This document shows, piece by piece, positions 33,415-41,797 of a DNA stretch of 64,000 nt. The stretch covers positions 19,195 to 83,194 of the forward strand of contig JBBTTA010000002.1 of NCBI GenBank assembly GCA_038064475.1, written 5' to 3'. This DNA comes from Patescibacteria group bacterium. Its GTDB lineage: Bacteria; Patescibacteriota; Minisyncoccia; Phycocordibacterales; EsbW-18. A model generated the notes under the pieces. It ran no database searches. It had not been told where the DNA came from and worked only from the letters and a program-made list of their open reading frames with translations. A program made the translations under genes and the position numbers. Position 1 is the first letter of the stretch. Each line of letters begins with the position of its first letter.

Positions 33415-33933
33415 TTAGTTATTCCCTGTTAATGCGTTTTGTATTTTTGTTCTTACACTTTCCAAATCTTGTAGTTCAGGTGTTTTTATATGAAGAATAG
33501 GGATTTCTGCACCATTGAGAATGTGGTTTACCACTACGTCTCGTTCTTGTCGGTCAGGTCGCTCATGGGACTTGTCATCAAGCTCGATGGCTAGTTGAGG
33601 TAGAAAGCTAATCTTGTCACACAAGACGAAATCAACAGATTTTTCATCAATGTGCCTGAAAGCACCAAACCAATTTTGTCCGAGTACTTTATGGTCGAGA
33701 ATTGTTGCGAGGTGGATTTGAGGAAAAACGTCGTACCGAGCACCAACCAAAGCAAGAAGTATCTTAAAACACTCTTGTTCCGAGGCAGTCATAATTATCT
33801 TTTTTTTGTACTGATATTCTCTGCGTTTTGGAAATTTCCAATCAACCAACACACCAAGAATCGCGAAAAGAACAATTATAAATATTCCCCAAAAAAGAAA
33901 TGGCTTTATGAACTCAAAAAGGTCTATACTCAT
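33415..33933 (-). CDS. DUF2726-family (NERD/PD-(D/E)xK-fold) protein with N-terminal TM
   Basis: Pattern ECFKILLALVGARYDVFPQIHL...VDFVLCDK...LAIELDDKSHERPDRQERDVVVNHIL matches DUF2726. Confidence 0.5.
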   Translation of the reverse strand: MSIDLFEFIKPFLFWGIFIIVLFAILGVLVDWKFPKRREYQYKKKIIMTASEQECFKILLALVGARYDVFPQIHLATILDHKVLGQNWFGAFRHIDEKSVDFVLCDKISFLPQLAIELDDKSHERPDRQERDVVVNHILNGAEIPILHIKTPELQDLESVRTKIQNALTGNN

Positions 33934-34366
33934 ACCCCCATTCTACCACCCACCCCCCACGCCTGTTTTTGAATCTGGTATGAAAAAGGCGTGCACACCG
34001 AAGTGTGCACGCCTGAGGTTTTGCCCGTTAGGGCTTGGGGTCCCACGGCATCTTGATGTCGAACCCGCCCGGGATTCGAACGGTCGTGTGGCCGCCCTTG
34101 AGCGTGCCGTCGGGGTTCACCCCGAAGGTGTCGTGGAGGTCGCCTGTGCCGGTCGGAGAAGGTCCGATCGGTTGGATCCCGAAGTCGCTGGGCTTGGTGG
34201 GATTCCCGAGAGGGATGAACGGCTTGAATTCGTCGCTCATACTACTTTCCTTTCTGGAGCAATGCTCCGAAGTGCTTCTGTCTATATAATAACAGACATT
34301 TTAAACATTGACAATAGTCTGAAAAACAGTACTTTATAGGAAGAAGTAAAACGACAAGGGGGTTAT

Positions 34367-34663
34367 ATGAGCGACAACTTTCTGAGCAGGGATGAATGCG
34401 TTTGTGGCGCAAGTACATCAGTGTGTGGGGGGCGAATTGTCTTTGACCACGCAACTCACCGAGGGAGGATTTATCACGAGAGGTCAAAAGACCACGTCTT
34501 GAGATCAGAAATGTCGGAAACGTGGGTATGCTCCCGCTGTGGTAGATACAGCGGGTCGTGCGAGCCGGACGAACCTCATCTGTGGTATTGCTCCACAGAT
34601 TTGTGCAATCGTTGCAAAAGACCGAGCTACAATTGCGGGTGCCATGTTGGCGAGCCATACTAA
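34367..34663 (+). CDS. Cys-rich putative zinc-binding small protein (98 aa)
   Basis: Multiple CxxC pairs (CVCG...CGG, CSRCG, CNRCK...CGC). Confidence 0.4.
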   Translation: MSDNFLSRDECVCGASTSVCGGRIVFDHATHRGRIYHERSKDHVLRSEMSETWVCSRCGRYSGSCEPDEPHLWYCSTDLCNRCKRPSYNCGCHVGEPY

Positions 34664-34721
34664 TCTCAACGCGTTATCGCTTCCAATTTTGGAGGCGATT
34701 TTTTTAATCAAACAAAAAACC

Positions 34722-34747
34722 GCCCGCCTTGGCATGCCAAGGCGGGC
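34722..34747 (-). terminator. Hairpin GCCCGCCTTGGCA-TGCCAAGGCGGGC, U-tract on minus strand
   Basis: Perfect 13-bp palindrome. The plus strand has the A-run before it. Confidence 0.45.
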
Positions 34748-34808
34748 CCCTGCGTCAGTTTCGTCTCTGCCGGAGGCTTTTCATTTATATAAAATCCAGA
34801 TAAGAGAC

Positions 34809-34905
34809 CCTTTGACAGCTACATCGGATAGAATATACTTATACTAAGATCACGAATGGAAAAGATCACCCTACAAGGTTTCGTCCTTGTGGGGCCTTTT
34901 CTTTT
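34809..34905 (+). ncRNA. Promoter-sRNA-terminator module 2
   Basis: TTGACA-N16-TATACT, transcript AAGAUCACGAAUGGAAAAGAUCACCCUACAAGG-uuucgu-CCUUGUGGGGCC + UUUUCUUUU. Confidence 0.35.
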
Positions 34906-34924
34906 AAAGTTTAGATAAAATAAT

Positions 34925-35015
34925 CCTTGACAGGAAAAAAGTAGGTAGTACCATAGGCCTATCACGAACAGAAAGAGTGCCCCGATGAGGTTTTGTCCTC
35001 ATCGGGGTCTTTCTT
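34925..35015 (+). ncRNA. Promoter-sRNA-terminator module 3
   Basis: TTGACA-N16-TACCAT, transcript CCUAUCACGAACAGAAAGAGUGCCCCGAUGAGG-uuuugu-CCUCAUCGGGGUC + UUUCUUUUUU. Confidence 0.35.
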
Positions 35016-35544
35016 TTTTCTCAACCTTATTTCTGCTATCACCAACAAATCTGGTGTATGACAAAAAATCCGTGCGCTTTAAAAGTCCGGAATATTTTTT
35101 CCTATTTGGAACCATTAGTGCAAGGAGCTTCTTTTGGCTAAGCAGATAATCAACAAGACAATAAAAATCGCCATCCCCACTAACGATAAGGATTTTTTCA
35201 CAGTCATTGATGTGAATCATCGTATGCAACACCAGTTCTGCATCCACGTTTCCCTTTATCTCTCCATCTGGTATTTCAAATGTTGGCTTAAAAATACAAA
35301 TATAGCCGTTTTTCTGAAGATATTTATATAACCCTTCATTGCCTTTTACATATCCAATACAAAGAAAAGCTTTTTCAATTGAATATTTATCTTTGAGGTA
35401 GACACGGAACCGCGCAAAATCTAGTTTCCAACCTTGTTTTTGAACTCCAAGATTTAGATTCTGACTATCAATAAAAGCAAAGTTGTTCGCTCGCATCCAA
35501 CAATCGTACTCTGCGGAGCTAAAGAAAATATAAAGATTTCTCAA
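34999..35544 (-). CDS. NYN/LabA-like (PIN-fold) ribonuclease domain protein
   Basis: AFIDSQNL, GNVDAELV and the hallmark LIVSGDGDF. TTG start at 35544, or internal ATG. Confidence 0.65.
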   Translation of the reverse strand: MRNLYIFFSSAEYDCWMRANNFAFIDSQNLNLGVQKQGWKLDFARFRVYLKDKYSIEKAFLCIGYVKGNEGLYKYLQKNGYICIFKPTFEIPDGEIKGNVDAELVLHTMIHINDCEKILIVSGDGDFYCLVDYLLSQKKLLALMVPNRKKYSGLLKRTDFLSYTRFVGDSRNKVEKKERPR

Positions 35545-35550
35545 AACAGC

Positions 35551-35583
35551 AAAAAGAAAAGGCCTCGCGTGAGCGAAGCCTCT
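35551..35583 (-). terminator. Intrinsic terminator GGCUUCGC-UCAC-GCGAGGCC + UUUUCUUUUU (minus strand)
   Basis: Read directly. It ends the upstream ORF-free region just before the NYN gene. Confidence 0.5.
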
Positions 35584-36252
35584 TCAGTATTGCGCCGCCG
35601 AAGCGGGTGATACTGGAAAAAGAACTGGTGAGTCTATGACTGACCTCGTGAGCGTACTCTCGAGGATAGACTGAAGCGTTGGGAACGTTGAGCGGGGCCT
35701 ATCGCTCTAAGATGATTTTTTCGCATCGCGACCGAAGTCGTGAGCGTCGTCCTGGGTTGGACCTCATCTGTTCCCTACGAGTCTCGCTGGAGGGCGAGAC
35801 CATTACCGAAGATTTCATTGAACCGAAGTTCGCTGAAGTTCTTCGTTTGCCTGTAAGACGATGGCCGTTCCCGAAGGATTGGTATCGCTGTGTGATGTGT
35901 AGAGGATTTTGAGTTCTCATAACACCACACAAGAAAGTTTTCGATTTCACCGCCGAAGCGACGAAGTGCTAGGTCCGAAATCTCTCCCCGGTGCATTGGA
36001 ACTGAGTTTCCCGTTTTACCGAGTTACTCTCCCATGTTCCCTTGGCTTTTACACGTTCGCTTCGTACAACCTCCGTTGTCGATTGAGGTAAGCGATCCCG
36101 CGGAGGGTTCGCACACATCTCGTCGATTTTCGGAAGCTTCCGTTGCGGCTTTGGGGACGACATGCACTGCCGTATCCCCTATCCGTGTGGTCGTCGCACG
36201 TCAGGCGATCAAATTTCCCTCGCGGGAGTCCGATTGCCAGTGCGCTCTAACC
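35584..36252 (-). ncRNA. Candidate large structured non-coding RNA (~0.7 kb; up to ~1 kb if it extends to 36580)
   Basis: No ORF of >=100 aa on either strand over ~1 kb. The minus strand has six C(UUCG)G tetraloop motifs at plus-strand CCGAAG positions 35586-35950. Candidate promoter TTGACA-N16-TATACT on the minus strand at 36260-36287. Terminator at 35551-35583. No family assigned. Confidence 0.3.
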
Positions 36253-36587
36253 TACCGAGGAGTATACGCGAAATGTATCCATTGTCAATTGGTTGGATAA
36301 TTTCTAAATAAAAATAACATCACGTCAAATCACCACTCCCTTCTTCTTTTGAAAAACACAGAACCTATCAGCTGATAGGTTCTTCCGTACAGCGCCGTCG
36401 CGCTTCCCGGGGTTTTTCAAAAAAGAAGAAGCTCGTTTCCACGTTATACATATAAAATCGAGATAAAAAGATGTTTGACAATAAACCAGAGAAGACTAGA
36501 CTATACTTACAAACCAAACGGCTTCGGCCTTCCCCACAAGGGATACAATGGGGTTCATAAGAACTCTCCCCGTAAGGGGTTACAAAG

Positions 36588-36619
36588 AAAAACTCATGCA
36601 AACAAATGCATGAGTTTTT
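36588..36619. terminator. Perfect palindromic terminator AAAAACTCATGCA-aacaa-TGCATGAGTTTTT overlapping the last codons of the MazF-like gene
   Basis: Read directly. T-tracts on both strands. Confidence 0.55.
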
Positions 36620-37004
36620 CTTTTATATTTTCAAAATCCTCTTGCGAAATATTTCCAATTTTATACTTAAAGCGCCTTACATCTATAAGTCGGATTTGCG
36701 AAAGAATTGCGTTATTTAAAACACCATTTAGAAATAAAGAAAAATAGAAAGGGCCTTTCTTGATTTGTTTTGTTACTGGTACACAAACACATACATTACG
36801 ACCGAATTTTTTAATCACAATGATTGGGCGTAAAAACTGCTCTCCTTTTCCATCTTGTTCATGACCAACATTCACACCAAGTGCACACCACCAAACCTCA
36901 CGTTCATGAAAGAACCGAGTGTTCTCCTGAAAATGAATATCTTTTTTCACTAGGTTCCATCCATCAAAATTCTTAAATATCATTCCTATATGGTATGACA
37001 TCAC
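36594..37004 (-). CDS. MazF/PemK/Kid-family endoribonuclease toxin-like protein
   Basis: EREVWWCALGVNVGHEQDGKGEQFLRPIIVIKKFGRNVCVCVPVTKQIKKGPFYFSL...AILSQIRLIDVRRF..KIGNISQEDFENI follows the PemK pattern (RGdiw.vdl...G.E..k.RP.lVis...vPlTs....p..v.l...g....S.vl.dqirtidk.Rl). No antitoxin ORF is evident upstream. Confidence 0.6.
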   Translation of the reverse strand: MMSYHIGMIFKNFDGWNLVKKDIHFQENTRFFHEREVWWCALGVNVGHEQDGKGEQFLRPIIVIKKFGRNVCVCVPVTKQIKKGPFYFSLFLNGVLNNAILSQIRLIDVRRFKYKIGNISQEDFENIKEKLMHLFA

Positions 37005-37043
37005 CCATAAAGTTTATCTCAAATAAAAGGCTATACTATCTGC

Positions 37044-37664
37044 ATGCAAACATTCCCATTCAAGAAACACAAAGAGTTTACTGTGTTCAAAAAACTCAAC
37101 ACACCAGCGAAGGTGCAGGATTTTGTGAATACGTTGTCCGTGAATTTTGAAAAGGATGGGGAAACGTGCAACTCCCCTCTCTATGTTTTGAAAAATAAAA
37201 GCGCGCACTGCTTTGAGGGCGCGCTTGTGGCGGCGGCCACACTGTGGTATCACGGGCGGCCGCCACTTCTTCTTGATCTTGAAACAGGATTAAACGATGA
37301 ATCACATGTCATCGCACCTTTTAAAGAAAACGGATTGTGGGGAGCGATAAGTACAACAAATCATGCTGTGTTGCGTTATCGCGAGCCAATACACAAAACA
37401 ATCCGCGAACTTGTGCTCTCTTACTTCCATGAATACTTTCTCGATACAGGAATAAAAACACTCAAATCATTTTCAACAAAGCCACTCGACCTTACTCTTT
37501 TTGATGACGAGTGGCCCATCGCTGAATATCCTGTCTGGGGCATTCACGATACTCTCGTTGACGCGCCCCACAGCCCTATCGCGCCAGAAAAAGCGCTCAA
37601 AAACCTCCGTCGCGCAGACCTAATAGAAATACAGGCTGGAAAACTGACAGTGGAGAAGAAATAG
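37044..37664 (+). CDS. Transglutaminase-like/papain-fold putative cysteine peptidase (206 aa)
   Basis: Candidate Cys-His-Asp arrangement (NKSAHCFEGALVAAATLWYHG ... HVIAPF ... D). Tentative. Confidence 0.35.
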   Translation: MQTFPFKKHKEFTVFKKLNTPAKVQDFVNTLSVNFEKDGETCNSPLYVLKNKSAHCFEGALVAAATLWYHGRPPLLLDLETGLNDESHVIAPFKENGLWGAISTTNHAVLRYREPIHKTIRELVLSYFHEYFLDTGIKTLKSFSTKPLDLTLFDDEWPIAEYPVWGIHDTLVDAPHSPIAPEKALKNLRRADLIEIQAGKLTVEKK

Positions 37665-38067
37665 TTACTCCCGAACAATAATTTTAAAGCCTCCGTACGC
37701 CATCTTTTTCATATCGAATGGCATATTGTTGGTTTTCTTCTTATTCTTTTTCTCGTACTCTTTCATTCCATCCATAATTTCTTTATTGATTCTGTTTCGG
37801 TCCGCGCGAGATTTGTACACAATCCATGAGAAGACAACTATCTCGTTTTTCTTCGCTTTCGTGAGCTTTGGAAATGCAAGTGACCACGGTGCACGCATGT
37901 CATCAGCAAAACACTCGCGATATTCGAGCGCGCCACGCTTCATCCACATATCACGGCCTTCTTTCGCCATACGTTTGTACACATTGAGTTTTGTCTTCGG
38001 AACAGTAAGAACAAACCCATCTACATAATTTCCTTCTACTTTTTTCTTTGATTTTGTTTTTTTCATA
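37665..38067 (-). CDS. DUF1428-family protein
   Basis: YVDGFVLTVPKTKLNVYKRMAKEGRDMWMKRGALEYRECFADD resembles DUF1428. Start placed at MKKTKSK. The ORF track extends to 38138. Confidence 0.45.
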
Positions 38068-38089
38068 GTGTTGATATTAGAAAATACTA

Positions 38090-38398
38090 TTAACGAGCAG
38101 CCGAGAGAAATATAACGATATATATCACAACAAAACATGAAAAATATCCGACCGTCTTTGCAAAAAACGTGAGCGCCTCTTGTTTATTGCCATCAAGGTA
38201 CATACGCAATGGTTGATACCCGAAGAGAAATGCCATGATAGCAACCGACAGAACAAGTAATGAGAGCATCATCATGGGAATAACAATCGTATCTTCCGAC
38301 CCCTGTGTGGCATCTACAACCGTACGTATGAATAAGACAATTCCCGCGATATACACTGCCGCACCCACCGCATTAAAAAACGGATTGTTTTTAAACAT
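38090..38398 (-). CDS. Hypothetical membrane protein (102 aa, 3 TM)
   Basis: Complete ORF, hydrophobic. Confidence 0.35.
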   Translation of the reverse strand: MFKNNPFFNAVGAAVYIAGIVLFIRTVVDATQGSEDTIVIPMMMLSLLVLSVAIMAFLFGYQPLRMYLDGNKQEALTFFAKTVGYFSCFVVIYIVIFLSAAR

Positions 38399-38419
38399 AT
38401 GTACAGTATAGCAAAAGGG

Positions 38420-40327
38420 CTATAACGAAACGGTGAGAATAGAGAGAAGTTTTTTGAGGCTGATACTTGCGCCTGCAACAACTGAGTCACCGCCACCGTA
38501 GTACACGAATATCTTCCCTTTGTGCACGGTTGCACCACACGGAAAGACAACGTTAGGAATTTGACCTTCGAGTTCATATTTTTCTCGTGGCTGCATGATG
38601 GCAGATGATGTGCGCGAGAGTACACGTGTCGGATCTTTGAGGTCGAGGAGTACAGCACCAACGCGATAAATGCGCGATTCTGAAACGCCGTGGTATAAAA
38701 GTATCCAACCGTGCTTCGTTTTTATTGGTGGACATGCAATACCAACCTTTTCACTATCCCACATACCAGGACGTGGCGAAAGTACTTGAAAACGGTTTGG
38801 TAATCGGCGGTTCTTGAAAATAAGCGATGGCACGAAATCCGCTGACACCATGTTGTCGAGTCGGTGGAAGATGAGATATTTTCCATCCACTTTTTCAGGG
38901 AAAAGACATGCGTCTTTGTCGTCCACGTTCTCCGGCGTGATAATCTGCGGGTCTGACCAACGCCAACGTCCAGCAATAAAATCATTCTCTTTGACGTGTG
39001 AAATAGCGACTGCGGGTGGCTGTATACCGTTGTACGCCGTGTAGCACATGTAAATTGTGTCATCTATCTTTGTGAGACGCGGATCTTCACATCCAGAGTT
39101 GCCGTTCTCAACTCCTTTATGTTCAAAGGATGTGCGTGGAACATATATTGGCTCTTCGCCACGATACGTAATTGTTGTTCCATTTGTACTCTTCGCGTGT
39201 CCAATGACGGATGTGTTATCGTCCCCCATCGCACGGTACAAAATGTGTGTCGTATTCTTGATGCGGATTGCCGCAGGATTAAATGTCGCTCTCTTTTCCC
39301 ACGAACGCTCGGATGGAATGATTAACGGATTTGTATCAAAACGCTCAACCAACTCATCCATCGCTCCTTTTTTCATGCTATTCAAAAAATGCGCGAGATG
39401 GATATCGACACGACAACATGTCGTGTCAGCGGCACCGTAGTAGATGTGGAGCGTTCCTTTTCGTATGGTTGCGCCCGATGGAAACACAATATTCATCACT
39501 TGCCCAAACTTTTCATATGTCTCTGTGGGCGTGAGAAATGGCCCATGCGTGCGTCCGATAATGTTTTTCGGATCATTGAGGTCAAGAAGTACTGCTTCAA
39601 TACCAAACACCATCTTGTCGGTACCATAGTGGCGTATGTGCGAGTAAATCAAAAGCCAACCGTGGTTCGTCTTCACTGGTGGCGCACCAATCTCAATGTG
39701 ATCTCCTTCTTCGCGCTTCAAATCAATGACGTGCGTATCAATCTCTTTTTGCCACTTCTCCCAAAAATGTGGTGACCACAAGTCTTCAATCCGATCGAGC
39801 ATTGCAATTGATGTTTTCACTGGAGGACTGTCGGTGTGCGCTGAAAAGAGTACAACGTACTTGCCATTTATCTTTTCAGGAAAGAGCGTCATTGCTTTTG
39901 CGTTGAATGGCGTTACGAGATGCTTCTCTTGTATCGTCTTCATGTCCTTCGACACAGCAACAGCGATGCGAATACCATCTGCAGTGAACGGATACGTGCC
40001 GAGTGCGGTGTAGAAGATATAGTACGTGCCATCAATTTTTGTGACACGCGGATCTTCACATCCAAAACGCTCCCAATCATGCTCCGGAGCGATGAATTGC
40101 TCGCGTTCGTTGAAGTGCGTATCGTCACGCCCGCGCGCGATACCAATCGTTGAGATGCGCATATGCGAACCCTCGTAGTAAATCTCTTCCGACATCGCGC
40201 GGTAAAGCGCAATGTGCGTGCCACGATATGATGTTGGACACCAATTAAAAACTGCATAGGCCTCCCACGGATTTTGTTTTACCGGACTCAGTATTGGATT
40301 GTGTGGTGAACGTGCAACAGTGAACAT
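38420..40327 (-). CDS. Tandem GH130-like (DUF377 beta-propeller glycoside phosphorylase/hydrolase) protein
   Basis: Two copies of the GCEDPR(V/L)TKIDGT(Y/I)Y..YTA motif and the YRAMG/YRA.G pattern. Confidence 0.6.
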   Translation of the reverse strand: MFTVARSPHNPILSPVKQNPWEAYAVFNWCPTSYRGTHIALYRAMSEEIYYEGSHMRISTIGIARGRDDTHFNEREQFIAPEHDWERFGCEDPRVTKIDGTYYIFYTALGTYPFTADGIRIAVAVSKDMKTIQEKHLVTPFNAKAMTLFPEKINGKYVVLFSAHTDSPPVKTSIAMLDRIEDLWSPHFWEKWQKEIDTHVIDLKREEGDHIEIGAPPVKTNHGWLLIYSHIRHYGTDKMVFGIEAVLLDLNDPKNIIGRTHGPFLTPTETYEKFGQVMNIVFPSGATIRKGTLHIYYGAADTTCCRVDIHLAHFLNSMKKGAMDELVERFDTNPLIIPSERSWEKRATFNPAAIRIKNTTHILYRAMGDDNTSVIGHAKSTNGTTITYRGEEPIYVPRTSFEHKGVENGNSGCEDPRLTKIDDTIYMCYTAYNGIQPPAVAISHVKENDFIAGRWRWSDPQIITPENVDDKDACLFPEKVDGKYLIFHRLDNMVSADFVPSLIFKNRRLPNRFQVLSPRPGMWDSEKVGIACPPIKTKHGWILLYHGVSESRIYRVGAVLLDLKDPTRVLSRTSSAIMQPREKYELEGQIPNVVFPCGATVHKGKIFVYYGGGDSVVAGASISLKKLLSILTVSL

Positions 40328-40332
40328 ACAAA

Positions 40333-41532
40333 CTATCGTTTACGAGCAAGCTTCGGCGTACCTGTTGCCTTGAGCTCTTTGAGAAACTTTTTTACATCAG
40401 CAGCGGCAACACAGCTCACGGTGTCAGCACCACCGTAGTACACAAACAGCGTGCCGTCTTTGATGATAGCCCCACATGCGTAAATGACTCCTGCTTTGAA
40501 CCCTTGGTTTTCATACCATTCATCAGGTTCGAGAATCGGCTCACTCGCGCGAGCGATGATTTTCTCTGGATTTTTTGCATCAAGGAGAAGTGCGCCGAGT
40601 TTGTAGCGATTCGGATCGCGATTATCCATTGCGTGATACAACACAAGCCATCCCTCAGGCGTGAGAATTGGCGAAGGACCGGCACCGCGGAGCCAGTTGT
40701 CCCATGCGCGACGCTTCGTCGCTTTACCCTTGGGAACGCTCTCCAAAAACTTCGTGCCATCAAGTTCATCAAGACTCTCAACATACGCAACACCGAGCTT
40801 TGGTGTGATGCGGTGCAAAATCGCGTATTTTCCTTTTATTTTTTCAGGAAACAACACCCAGTTCTTGTGTACTTCATTTGGTGGCGAAATGAACACCGGC
40901 TTCTTCCATTTCCAATGTTGATTGAGAAAATCATTGAGACTAATCCATGTGAGCGCAATGCGAATAGAACTCCATCCATCGAATGCCGTGAATACCATGT
41001 AGACGCGATCTCCAATTTTTGTGAGACGCGCGTCTTCACATCCTCCGTTTGTACCGCCACCTGATGAATATGGAACACTGAATGGAACACTTTCGTCTGC
41101 CGCTTGATGGTGATAGAACATTGGTGAAGGAAACTTTTTGTGTATCGAAACGCCGTCTTTGCTTTGTGCATACCCCACCATTGAAATGTCATTGCCCCCA
41201 ACAGCGCGGTAAATAATGTGCACAAGACCGTCATGAAGGAGTGCACTTGGATTGAACGTGCCTCGTGATTCCCAGAAGTGCTCTGATGGCGTGATGATTG
41301 GATTTTTTTCTGAACGCTTAAGAGCAATCGGTGATTGCCCCTTCTTCGCGCGCGGTGCGGAAACGCGCCGCGCGCTTGTATGCGTTTTCCGTACCGGACT
41401 TTTCTTGGAAGTTCGTTTCGTCGTTTTTGTTGTTCCTTTTTTCTTACGCTCGACCATAGTTATCTTCTTCGCGAACGATATCATCTTCGTTAAATGAGCC
41501 AGTTGAAATTTCAAGACATGTCGCATCACCAC
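40333..41532 (-). CDS. GH130-like (DUF377) glycosidase-family protein with Lys-rich N-terminal extension
   Basis: GCEDARLTKIGDRVYMVFTAFDG and IYRAVGGNDISMVGYAQSKDG. Confidence 0.6.
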   Translation of the reverse strand: MVMRHVLKFQLAHLTKMISFAKKITMVERKKKGTTKTTKRTSKKSPVRKTHTSARRVSAPRAKKGQSPIALKRSEKNPIITPSEHFWESRGTFNPSALLHDGLVHIIYRAVGGNDISMVGYAQSKDGVSIHKKFPSPMFYHHQAADESVPFSVPYSSGGGTNGGCEDARLTKIGDRVYMVFTAFDGWSSIRIALTWISLNDFLNQHWKWKKPVFISPPNEVHKNWVLFPEKIKGKYAILHRITPKLGVAYVESLDELDGTKFLESVPKGKATKRRAWDNWLRGAGPSPILTPEGWLVLYHAMDNRDPNRYKLGALLLDAKNPEKIIARASEPILEPDEWYENQGFKAGVIYACGAIIKDGTLFVYYGGADTVSCVAAADVKKFLKELKATGTPKLARKR

Positions 41533-41785
41533 CGATTGCTGTGATGCGATGTGATTCGCCTACGTCGATAAAAAATTCATCGCCTGCCTTCGCATGAATA
41601 ACCGCCTTTCCTTTCTGTATATCAGGTGTTCCTGAAAGCACGCGCCAAAATTCGCTTCGCTCTTTGTGGTGCTGTAAACTCAACGCCTCTCCATCGCGTA
41701 CAAAAAGAATTTTTACCGTTGTTGGCTCATTTTTTGTAAATTGACGAAACGAACCCCACGGACGTTCTATAGTGAACGGCTTCAT
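41444..41785 (-). CDS. Cupin-fold protein (mannose-6-phosphate isomerase-like)
   Basis: The two-His cupin motif region HHKERSEFWRVLSG...GDEFFIDVGESHRI. Confidence 0.5.
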   Translation of the reverse strand: MKPFTIERPWGSFRQFTKNEPTTVKILFVRDGEALSLQHHKERSEFWRVLSGTPDIQKGKAVIHAKAGDEFFIDVGESHRITAIGGDATCLEISTGSFNEDDIVREEDNYGRA

Positions 41786-41797
41786 GCCTCTAGTGTA

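Noticed and set aside
35584-36580. tmRNA, SRP RNA or group II intron as the identity of the large ORF-free region
   Set aside because: There is no tRNA-like 3' end (GGTTCGAnTCC...CCA) for tmRNA. The region is far too long for 4.5S. A GUGCG occurs at ~36105 (minus) but I found no domain V (RAGC...GAAA...) consensus. It is left unclassified.
36368-36601. 77-aa ORF overlapping the MazF-like gene end as a possible antitoxin
   Set aside because: Poor coding look (runs of F, no RBS). It lies within hairpin-rich non-coding sequence.
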